Assembly: GCA_029883045.1 (NCBI GenBank)
Contig: JAOUJU010000001.1
Coordinates: 1-28,623 of the forward strand
From: Rhodospirillaceae bacterium
GTDB lineage: Bacteria > Pseudomonadota > Alphaproteobacteria > Rhodospirillales > Magnetovibrionaceae
Direction: 5' to 3'
DNA length: 28,623 nt
Numbering within the stretch: the stretch's first letter is position 1; the number at the start of each line of letters is the position of its first letter. The notes below the pieces were generated by a model, which worked only from the letters and a program-made list of their open reading frames with translations, was not told the DNA's origin and did not search any database. The translations under genes and the position numbers were made by a program. This document shows positions 15,412 to 23,442 of this stretch, piece after piece.

Positions 15412-15924
15412 ATGGCGATTGTTTCAACGACGGTTAAGCGCGTTCTAATTGAAACGGGCGGTGTTAAACAGTGCAAGTTTGAAGGCATCGACCAAGCGGG
15501 CCGCGATTACTTTGTACATTTACATATAGACGCGTCCGCCGACCCTATCGACTTTTTAACTAAAATCGAATTACACCTAAATAAGCAAGCGCGACAGCGG
15601 GAAACGGCCGAGGCGGTGCGGGCTTACTTTCAGGGCGCCGACGTATTTAACGCGGTGTATGAGCATACGACCCCGGTACAGATAGCCAAACAAATTATAC
15701 GCCCGGCGGCGGAATCCGCCGACCCTAATTTTATGATAATGGCCGCCCCCGCTATTGAATGGGCTTTAGCAAACTTTACGATCGCACAAATTAAAAACGC
15801 CTTGAATTTGTCTGATAGCGAGTGGGTGGAAGTGCGAGACAGATATTTAAACCTTACCGACCCGGCCGTCGAAACCGTCTTAACAAGTGATAAAGAAATA
15901 AGACTTTTAAATATAGACGCATAA
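15412..15924 (+). CDS. Hypothetical protein, first late gene
   Basis: 170-aa ORF directly after tR'. Confidence 0.7.
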   Translation: MAIVSTTVKRVLIETGGVKQCKFEGIDQAGRDYFVHLHIDASADPIDFLTKIELHLNKQARQRETAEAVRAYFQGADVFNAVYEHTTPVQIAKQIIRPAAESADPNFMIMAAPAIEWALANFTIAQIKNALNLSDSEWVEVRDRYLNLTDPAVETVLTSDKEIRLLNIDA

Positions 15925-15939
15925 CCGGAGTAATAGAGT

Positions 15940-17277
15940 TTGTCCCTTGCTGAATTGTCGTCTAAATTTTCGCGTTTAATTTACTATAACGCGGCCGCAA
16001 CGGGCGCAAATAATGGAACAAGCCCGACCGACGCCTATACGACATTTCAAGCGGCTTTAACCGACTATACGTCGTCGGTAACGCCGGTAAATGAAGCGAT
16101 TTTAGTTTCGCATACATCATTAGAGCTTGGCCCCGCTAATCACTGGACGTTTACGGCGGCCGGTAGTTCATTTTATGACCCTATAACAGTAATAACGATT
16201 AGTTTTGCTGATTACAGCTACCAAAAAACTAATACTTTTCATATTAATACAAACGGTTGGTATTTAGGGTATTTCGATTTTTCATTAAATTTTTACGGCT
16301 TCGGGTGCAAAATCGACAGGGGATACCGAAGCGACGTTAATTTTAATTATCATACTTTTACCGATTGTTATTTAGAGTTTGACACAGGGCAAGCCCTAGC
16401 AAGTAACCCTTTGTCGGTTACTCGCCTTGTTAATTGTCATATTAAAGACCTTGGCGCTTGGAATGGACTATCATCGACAACCGGAAACATTGTAGTAAGC
16501 GGCGGTCTAATTGAATGCCTTACACCTAATTATGTTTTAATCGCTACAACAAACGGCGATATGATTGTAGATGGTTTCGATATGTCGGCAATGGCGGCAA
16601 CCGTAAACCCCGTCGCGGTAGTCGCCGGAAATAATCCGGCAAAAATCACGATTAGAAATTCAAAATTACCACTAGGCGCCGTTGTCGCGTCAATCGACCT
16701 GCCTGGTCAAAGCGTCGAAATTTGTTCGAGTGACAGCGGCAGTTTTTATGGTCGAAATGAACTATATAATTATTACGGAACAGCAATAGCGACGACCGCC
16801 GTTTATAGGGTCGGCGGTTATCAGTCAAAAAAGAGTAACGCCGTACAAAGTATCGAAATGACGGCAACCGCCCAAACGACGGCGACGCGGCCTTTTTCTG
16901 GGCAACGTATTTATAATTATATAAATACAATAGCGCCGACGACATACCGGTTTCAGATTGCCCATGATTACGCGGCGGCCCTTACTGATTCCGATTTTTA
17001 TATACGCGTTTACTATGGCGCCGACGCGCTCGAAACCGGCCTAACACTGGGAAGCTCGAACGGGGCGCCGGGCGTCATTAACTTATGCAAAACGTCGACC
17101 GCGTTATCAGTGAGCGCGGAAACATGGGTCGACCCTGGCGGTATGACTTACCAACAAGTCGACGTAACTTTTACCCCCGCGCTAACAGGGCGCGTTTTAT
17201 TTGTCCCTTACCTGTCTAAATACGAGGCGTCGAAATCTGTTTTTTTGTGTCCATTACCTGACGACGTGACAATATGA
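15940..17277 (+). CDS. Beta-rich putative virion protein (pectin-lyase/beta-helix-like N-terminal half)
   Basis: YYNAAATGANNGTSPTDAYT.FQAA motif and a Thr/Ser/Asn/Gly-rich composition; GGAG SD before the TTG start. Confidence 0.55.
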   Translation: MSLAELSSKFSRLIYYNAAATGANNGTSPTDAYTTFQAALTDYTSSVTPVNEAILVSHTSLELGPANHWTFTAAGSSFYDPITVITISFADYSYQKTNTFHINTNGWYLGYFDFSLNFYGFGCKIDRGYRSDVNFNYHTFTDCYLEFDTGQALASNPLSVTRLVNCHIKDLGAWNGLSSTTGNIVVSGGLIECLTPNYVLIATTNGDMIVDGFDMSAMAATVNPVAVVAGNNPAKITIRNSKLPLGAVVASIDLPGQSVEICSSDSGSFYGRNELYNYYGTAIATTAVYRVGGYQSKKSNAVQSIEMTATAQTTATRPFSGQRIYNYINTIAPTTYRFQIAHDYAAALTDSDFYIRVYYGADALETGLTLGSSNGAPGVINLCKTSTALSVSAETWVDPGGMTYQQVDVTFTPALTGRVLFVPYLSKYEASKSVFLCPLPDDVTI

Positions 17278-17519
17278 GCCATTACGAAGGCTACGAAGTA
17301 GACGGCGTCTACTTCGTCGACCATTTCGGTTTAGGGCATCAAATAGACGGCGTTTATTTTAGCGGCCCGGCGGTGGTTGAACCGGACGCCGTAACGTTTG
17401 TTTTTGCGTGCCTAACTATGAACCCTGCAATATCGGGCGCGGTGATTAGCGCGGCGGCGGTGGTGGCATGTTCAACGCTAAACCCCGCCCTTAACGCGAC
17501 GATAAAGGTTAACGAATAA
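17274..17519 (+). CDS. Hypothetical protein
   Basis: ATGA coupling; internal repeats DGVYF x2 and NPA x2. Confidence 0.6.
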   Translation: MSHYEGYEVDGVYFVDHFGLGHQIDGVYFSGPAVVEPDAVTFVFACLTMNPAISGAVISAAAVVACSTLNPALNATIKVNE

Positions 17520-17845
17520 TGACAACCGCCCTTAAAATTTATGTGAGTAACGATAATATAATTACGTTAGTCGGTTTAAAAGATTATGTCGCCGATACCT
17601 ATATTAACGATTCGACTGTAACTGTAACGGTTGTCGATAGTTCGGGTACAAGTATTTCGGGCGAAACCTGGCCCCTATCCTTACCCTATGTAACGGCAAG
17701 TAATGGCAATTATCAGGGGACATTAAGCGACGTTCTGGTATTGACGGCCGACGACAGCTATACAGCACAAATTACGGCCGACAGCGGCGGCGGTAAAAAA
17801 GGATATTGGGAAGCGCCGTTAATCGGTACAACCCGAACGGCTTGA
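17519..17845 (+). CDS. Hypothetical all-beta (Ig-like) protein
   Basis: TAATG coupling; alternating beta-strand pattern. Confidence 0.6.
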   Translation: MTTALKIYVSNDNIITLVGLKDYVADTYINDSTVTVTVVDSSGTSISGETWPLSLPYVTASNGNYQGTLSDVLVLTADDSYTAQITADSGGGKKGYWEAPLIGTTRTA

Positions 17846-17847
17846 TA

Positions 17848-18447
17848 ATGATTAGTATTGAGTATAAAACCGCAATCGAAAAAATGAAAAAGGACTTAAA
17901 CAAAATCGAAAGGCGCGTCGTCGATCAAGCGGCAGTAACGGCAATTAATAAGGCCGCAATATCAGTACAAGGCCGAGCGATTAAGGCGATAGCTTTACGA
18001 ACGGGGATTAAACAAAAGCTCGCGCGAAACTATATAACTGTTACAAAAGCTAACTACAAACGCCCTTGGGCTACCGTTAACGCCGCGCAAAAGAGGCAAC
18101 AAAATTTAATAGAATTTGTACAAACAAGCCGCCAGAATCCGCAAGCATTCCGAAAGGCTACCGGTGTTAAGGCGCGCGCCTGGGGAAAGGCGACGACGTA
18201 CAAAAATACGTTTATTGTCTACGGCCGCAACGGTAAAGCCGTTGTCGTAAGCCGCAAACCAAGCGCGACGCGTAGCGGCGGACGATGGAATACAGGCTGG
18301 AGCAAAAACATATATGGGCCGAGTATTCCCGAGACTTTCGCGACTAAAGACCTTATGAACATAATGAACGCGGTAGCCGAGTATCGTTTTGGTGTTAACT
18401 TTAACCACGAAGTTAGCCGCCGCCTGGCTAAAATACGTGCTAAATAA
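17848..18447 (+). CDS. Lambda gpZ/HK97 gp10-like neck-tail completion protein
   Basis: Basic protein with A...AINKAA...RAI..I...GI and GPSIPE.F...F..E..R motifs; start moved to in-frame ATG 17848. Confidence 0.6.
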   Translation: MISIEYKTAIEKMKKDLNKIERRVVDQAAVTAINKAAISVQGRAIKAIALRTGIKQKLARNYITVTKANYKRPWATVNAAQKRQQNLIEFVQTSRQNPQAFRKATGVKARAWGKATTYKNTFIVYGRNGKAVVVSRKPSATRSGGRWNTGWSKNIYGPSIPETFATKDLMNIMNAVAEYRFGVNFNHEVSRRLAKIRAK

Positions 18448-18454
18448 ATGGTTT

Positions 18455-18525
18455 AGGTACCTTTCCGCCCTTCCTTGCGGGTACCACAAGCAGCGCGGGA
18501 ATTGCCTAGCGACAGAAATTTTAAA
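18455..18525 (+). other. Putative cos/packaging initiation region
   Basis: Non-coding AGGTACC...GCGGGTACC...CGCGGG segment upstream of the ParB-terS-terL block, where gpA-type phages carry cos; cut site not determined. Confidence 0.45.
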
Positions 18526-18549
18526 ATCATTTCGCTACGTTAATTAATA

Positions 18550-19092
18550 ATGCAAATAGTAAACACGGATATAACAAAAGTATTACCGTATGTAAGAAAC
18601 CCGCGCGTAAATACTGACGCAGTAAAGAAGGTCGCGGCAAGTATTCGCGAGTTTGGATTTAGACAACCGATTGTAGTCGATAAACAAAACGTAATAATTG
18701 CAGGCCATACACGATATGAAGCGGCAAAGCGTCTTAAATTAAAAACCGTACCGGTACACGTCGCCGAAAATCTAAACGCTGAACAAGTGAAAGCATACCG
18801 AATCGCCGACAATAAAGTCGCCGAGTTTTCGACGTGGGCCGAAGATTTATTAACTTTAGAGCTTCGCGACCTCGACGCCGGCGGCTTCGATTTATCGTTA
18901 ACGGGGTTTTCTTCCGAGGACTTGGAAGCGCTTTTATCTGGCCTAAAAGACGAGCCAATAAAAGAAGAAATCGCGCCCCTTCCGACGACTTTTACGGTTA
19001 CGTGTACTTGTGAAGACGAAGCCGACCAGCAAGCGGTGTACAAAATATTATTAGCTCGCGGCTATAAATGCAAAATAAGCGGCTTAAACTAA
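18550..19092 (+). CDS. ParB/Sulfiredoxin N-terminal domain protein (no fused methylase)
   Basis: PYVRNPR...ASIREFGFRQPIVVD...IIAGHTRYEAAK...YRIADNK. Confidence 0.9.
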   Translation: MQIVNTDITKVLPYVRNPRVNTDAVKKVAASIREFGFRQPIVVDKQNVIIAGHTRYEAAKRLKLKTVPVHVAENLNAEQVKAYRIADNKVAEFSTWAEDLLTLELRDLDAGGFDLSLTGFSSEDLEALLSGLKDEPIKEEIAPLPTTFTVTCTCEDEADQQAVYKILLARGYKCKISGLN

Positions 19093-19107
19093 AGGTAAAA
19101 ACTTTCG

Positions 19108-19722
19108 ATGGCTTCGACCGAATCGGGTTTGCTTGTTTCTGGCGACGTTTTGGCGAAATTGTTTAACGTTTCGTTACGTCGAATACAGCAACTAGCGAAG
19201 GACGGGACAATACCGAAAGGTATTAGCCGGGGGAAGTACGACCTTGGCGCGTCAGTTCGTGGCTACGTTAAGTTTTTACAGGAACGCGCCTACGGTAAAG
19301 GGTCAGGCTCGACCGATTACCATACCGAAAGTACGCGCGTTAAAAAACTAACAGCGGACAAGCTAGAGCTGGAAATTAAACAACTTGAAAAAGAGTTAAT
19401 CCCCGTCGAAATGGCCGTCGCGGTTTGGCAGGCTAAAGTAAGTTCGGCGCGTGCTAAGTTTCTTTCGCTCCCTTCTAAAATCGCGTCGGCCGTTATCGCG
19501 GCAACCGAAATACACGAAGTCGAAGAGGCGATACGCGATAGCATTTACGAAGCATTAACGGAACTCGCCGGACTTGGAATACCAGAAGAAACTTTGCAAC
19601 GCCTGGAATCGAACGGCGAAAGTTTGGGCGCCGCCGCCCCTGCTAACAGTAAGCAAGTGGGCCGACGAAAAACGAAAGCTAAGCCCCGAGGCGAGCGCGG
19701 AGCCGGGACAGTGGCGCACTGA
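19108..19722 (+). CDS. Terminase small subunit (Nu1-like)
   Basis: N-terminal wHTH LAKLFNVSLRRIQQL...GKYDL followed by a coiled coil; precedes terL. Confidence 0.88.
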   Translation: MASTESGLLVSGDVLAKLFNVSLRRIQQLAKDGTIPKGISRGKYDLGASVRGYVKFLQERAYGKGSGSTDYHTESTRVKKLTADKLELEIKQLEKELIPVEMAVAVWQAKVSSARAKFLSLPSKIASAVIAATEIHEVEEAIRDSIYEALTELAGLGIPEETLQRLESNGESLGAAAPANSKQVGRRKTKAKPRGERGAGTVAH

Positions 19723-21409
19723 TCGAGCTATTTATCAAGCCGGCATTATGGACGCGTACAACGACCGCGCCGTAAATACAATCGTTGTAATGAGTTCGGC
19801 GCAAGTCGGAAAAACAGAAATAATTAATAACATCGTCGGTTATGTTATCGACCAAAACCCCGGCCCGATGTTAGTTTTACAGCCCACGCTTGAAATGTCG
19901 CAAACGTGGAGTAAAGACCGACTCGCCCCCATGTTGCGCGACAGTCCATGCCTTCGCGGTAAGGTAAAAGACCCCCGCGCCCGCGACTCGGGCAACACAA
20001 TGCTACACAAGACGTTTACCGGCGGACAGATAACAATGGCCGGAGCGAACAGCCCGGCAAGCTTGGCAAGCCGCCCGATTCGGGACGTACTCGCCGACGA
20101 GGTAGACCGCTACCCGTACAGCGCGGGAAGCGAAGGCGACCCGATAAGTTTAGCCCGTAAACGTTCTACAACATTTTGGAATCGTAAACTTATTATAACG
20201 TCGACGCCGACCGTTAAAGGCGCGTCGGCCGTCGAACGCTGGTACGACTCAAGCGACCAGCGGCGTTTTTACGTCCCATGCCCTCACTGTAACGAAATGC
20301 AGGTTTTAACCTGGGCGCATATACAATGGGACAACGACACAAAAGACCCGAATACGACGCGTTATATCTGCATACATTGCGGCGCGATTCTCGAAGAAAA
20401 AGACAAACCCCGAATGATACGCCGGGGCGAGTGGCGCGCAAACGCGCCATTTAAAGGCGTAGCCGGTTTCCATTTGAACGAATTGTATAGCCCTTGGAAA
20501 CGTTGGTCGGAAGTGGTCGCGGACTTTTTCGCGGCAAAGGACGACCCCGAAACGTTACGCGTTTGGATTAATACAAGCCTCGGCGAAACATGGGAAGAAC
20601 AAGGCGAGCAGGTAGAATCTATCGGCCTGCTTAACAATCGCGAAAATTACCCGGCCGAAGTCCCCGCCGCCGTTGTTGTATTAACATGCGGTGTCGATGT
20701 TCAGGACGACCGCCTAGAAGCGGAAATAGTCGGTTATACAGTCGACCGGCAAACTTACAGTATTGAATACGCCGTATTCCACGGCGACCCGTCACAGCGC
20801 GACGTATGGGACAAACTCGACCACTTTAGAGCAAAGCACTTTAACCACGAAAGCGGGTTAACGTTATCAGTTAGCGCCACGGGGATAGACTCGGGCGGCC
20901 ATTTTACACAAGTCGTTTACAACTATGGAAAGGAACGTTACTACGAACGCGTTTACGTTTTAAAGGGCGTCGGCGGCGGTGGTCGACCTATGACCGGCCG
21001 CCCGACCCGAAATAATCGGTTACGCGTTCGCGTTTATCCCGTCGGCGTCGACACAGCAAAGGAAAGCATATACGCGCGGTTAAAGGTTCGCGAACCTGGG
21101 CCGGGTTATTGTCATTTCCCCGCGCACTACGACGAAGAGTATTTTAGACAGTTAACCGCCGAACGAATCGAAACAAAGTTTATTAAGGGTTATGCCCGGC
21201 GCGTATGGGTTAAGAAACGCGCGAGAAATGAAGCGCTAGACGTTCGGGTATACGCCGACGCCGCGCTCGATATAAACGGCGACAGCTTGCAACGCCTGGC
21301 CGATGTTTTAAAAGAACGTATCGCGCAACGTGGGCACGTACCGAAAAGCCCGCCGCCGAAACCCGCCGGGTTTATTGGTTCTAATTCTGATTGGTTTAAT
21401 AAAAGGTAA
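19574..21409 (+). CDS. Terminase large subunit, lambda gpA family
   Basis: LTVSKWAD, SSAQVGKTE Walker A, LADEVDRY Walker B, STPT, CPHC and GVDVQDDRLE. Confidence 0.97.
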   Translation: MEYQKKLCNAWNRTAKVWAPPPLLTVSKWADEKRKLSPEASAEPGQWRTDRAIYQAGIMDAYNDRAVNTIVVMSSAQVGKTEIINNIVGYVIDQNPGPMLVLQPTLEMSQTWSKDRLAPMLRDSPCLRGKVKDPRARDSGNTMLHKTFTGGQITMAGANSPASLASRPIRDVLADEVDRYPYSAGSEGDPISLARKRSTTFWNRKLIITSTPTVKGASAVERWYDSSDQRRFYVPCPHCNEMQVLTWAHIQWDNDTKDPNTTRYICIHCGAILEEKDKPRMIRRGEWRANAPFKGVAGFHLNELYSPWKRWSEVVADFFAAKDDPETLRVWINTSLGETWEEQGEQVESIGLLNNRENYPAEVPAAVVVLTCGVDVQDDRLEAEIVGYTVDRQTYSIEYAVFHGDPSQRDVWDKLDHFRAKHFNHESGLTLSVSATGIDSGGHFTQVVYNYGKERYYERVYVLKGVGGGGRPMTGRPTRNNRLRVRVYPVGVDTAKESIYARLKVREPGPGYCHFPAHYDEEYFRQLTAERIETKFIKGYARRVWVKKRARNEALDVRVYADAALDINGDSLQRLADVLKERIAQRGHVPKSPPPKPAGFIGSNSDWFNKR

Positions 21410-21413
21410 TATT

Positions 21414-21626
21414 ATGTCTTTCTGGAGCGAAGCGCTTATAAAATGGCAAGACGCGTACAAAGCCGTCGCCGACGGTAAGTCGTATTCTATGAACGGCCGG
21501 ACGCTAACCTATGAAGACGCCGACGTTATATTAAAACAAATTCAAACATGCGAACGTATGGTACGCGGTGAAAACAACGCGACGACCGGCGTAAATAGCA
21601 CTATATCGCTGGCGGACTTTTCCTAA
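21414..21626 (+). CDS. gpW-like head completion protein
   Basis: GKSYSMNGRTLT motif; between terL and portal; ATG 21414 has an AAAGGT SD. Confidence 0.75.
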   Translation: MSFWSEALIKWQDAYKAVADGKSYSMNGRTLTYEDADVILKQIQTCERMVRGENNATTGVNSTISLADFS

Positions 21627-23183
21627 ATGGCTTTAATCGACAAGCTAATTAAAAACGTGTCCCCCGCCTGGGCGTTACGTCGTGAGCGCGCGCGTTATAT
21701 GCTGAAAGCATACGAGGCCGCTAAGCCGTCCCGTTTACATAAAAAGCGAACCGATACCGGCAGCGGCGATAGCATCGTCGGCAGCGCGGGGGCGTCGCTA
21801 CGAATGCAAGCGCGGCATTTAGACGAAAACCACGACCTCGCGCGCGGTGTTTTAAGTGTATTAGTTAATCAAGTCGTCGGAAACGGAATACGGGTAGAAC
21901 CTCAAGTACGCGACAAAAAGGGAAAATTACTACGCAATGTAAACCAGCAGTTAACCGCCCTGCATCGCGACTGGATGTTATCCCCCGACGTAACGGGACA
22001 GGTACACTGGAACGCGGCACAACGTATCGCCGCCCGTACTTGGTTTCGAGACGGCGAAACGTTTACGCAACTATTACGCGGTGATATTAAAACGCTCGAA
22101 CATAATACCCGCGTTCCGTTTTCCATTGAATTAATCGAACCTGATTACGTGCCGATTGATTATAACGACGAAAAAAAACGAATTATACAAGGCGTTCAGA
22201 AAAACGCATGGGGCCGCCCGTTAAATTATTACTTCTATAAATCACACCCCGGCGACCGCCTTTTTAGTCGTGTTACTCAGGATACTAAACGCGTCCCCGC
22301 TGAAAACGTTTTACACTTAAAATTAATCGACCGAATCGGGCAAACGCGCGGCGTAACTGTTTTCGCGTCCGTATTAAACCGATTAGACGACATAAAGGAT
22401 TACGAAGAGTCGGAACGCGTCGCCGCCCGTGTCGCCGCCGCTATGACGGCTTATATTAAAAAGGGTTCGGAGTATATACCAACAACGGCCCAAACTAGCG
22501 AACGTTCGTTAGCTATGGCGCCCGGTATGATTTTCGACGACTTAGCGCCGGGCGAAGAAATCGGAACAATACAAAGTAATCGACCGTCGGGCGCGCTTGA
22601 ACCGTTCCGACAAGGTCAGTTAAAAGCCGTCGCGGCCGGAACGACGACGGGCTATTCAAGTATCGCGAAAGACTATAACGGGTCGTATTCAGCGCAACGA
22701 CAGGAACTTGTCGAACAGTCTGTACATTACGCCGCGTTACGCGACCACTTTGTCGAGCGCTTTTGTCGCCCTACCTGGCGCGAATTTGTAAAAGTCGCTA
22801 TCGCGGCCGGTTTAGTACAAATACCAAAAGAAACCGATTTAACGACAATCGACGACGCCGATTTTAGGGGGCCGTCCCTTCCTTGGATTGACCCGCTAAA
22901 GGAATTAAAAGCAAACGAAGGACTCGTACAAGCGGGGTTTAAATCACGCTCTCAAGTAATCCGCGAAATGTCAGGAAGTCCGGCGGACGTAACCGAACAA
23001 ATCGTACAGGAACGCGCCGACGAACTCGACAAGGGTTTAACCTTTACAACAAACACAAACACAGCAAAACCGCCCGACACGTCGCAACCCGTACAGGACG
23101 GCCAAAAGTTCGCCGACCAAAACGGAAACCGATATATATACAGGCACGCGACCGGTTGGCACAGATTAGACGACGCCGCGTAA
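21627..23183 (+). CDS. Portal protein, lambda family
   Basis: R..AR.L.EN...ARG, DGE.F, GV..NAWGRP..Y.F, QTRGV and WIDPLKE. Confidence 0.97.
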   Translation: MALIDKLIKNVSPAWALRRERARYMLKAYEAAKPSRLHKKRTDTGSGDSIVGSAGASLRMQARHLDENHDLARGVLSVLVNQVVGNGIRVEPQVRDKKGKLLRNVNQQLTALHRDWMLSPDVTGQVHWNAAQRIAARTWFRDGETFTQLLRGDIKTLEHNTRVPFSIELIEPDYVPIDYNDEKKRIIQGVQKNAWGRPLNYYFYKSHPGDRLFSRVTQDTKRVPAENVLHLKLIDRIGQTRGVTVFASVLNRLDDIKDYEESERVAARVAAAMTAYIKKGSEYIPTTAQTSERSLAMAPGMIFDDLAPGEEIGTIQSNRPSGALEPFRQGQLKAVAAGTTTGYSSIAKDYNGSYSAQRQELVEQSVHYAALRDHFVERFCRPTWREFVKVAIAAGLVQIPKETDLTTIDDADFRGPSLPWIDPLKELKANEGLVQAGFKSRSQVIREMSGSPADVTEQIVQERADELDKGLTFTTNTNTAKPPDTSQPVQDGQKFADQNGNRYIYRHATGWHRLDDAA

Positions 23184-23184
23184 A

Positions 23185-23388
23185 GTGCAAACGCTTGTAA
23201 ATATACTACCCGGTTTAGTCCCTATAGATAAGCCAAGCAACCGAGGCCCAAAAGGCCCGCGCGGGCAACGTGGGCAACGCGGCGAACCTGGCCCACTTCC
23301 CGCGCATAGGTGGAACGGGTCAAAGATACAATTTCAAACCGGCCCCGATACCTGGGGCGAGTGGGTCGAACTACGACCGCCGAACTAA
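23185..23388 (+). CDS. Short collagen-like (Gly-X-Y) protein
   Basis: GPKGPRGQRGQRGEPGP followed by H.WNG..IQF....TWGEWVEL. Confidence 0.6.
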   Translation: MQTLVNILPGLVPIDKPSNRGPKGPRGQRGQRGEPGPLPAHRWNGSKIQFQTGPDTWGEWVELRPPN

Positions 23389-23403
23389 AAACCTCCCTCA
23401 AAC

Positions 23404-23430
23404 AAACCCGCTTCGGCGGGTTTCTTTTTT
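23404..23430 (+). terminator. Intrinsic terminator
   Basis: AAACCCGC-TTCG-GCGGGTTT plus T-tract. Confidence 0.85.
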
Positions 23431-23442
23431 AAAGGCGAAAAA

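Noticed and set aside
8034-16945. Alternative ORFs 8034..8216, 9618..9887, 9989..10378, 12080..12307, 12143..12325, 12362..12562, 12905..13264, 14259..14519, 16652..16945
   Set aside because: Antisense to or nested in motif-supported genes, with no independent evidence.
23160-23190. Portal-collagen fusion by readthrough or frameshift
   Set aside because: The collagen ORF is in a different frame, closed by TAG at 23167-69, and has no slippery sequence.
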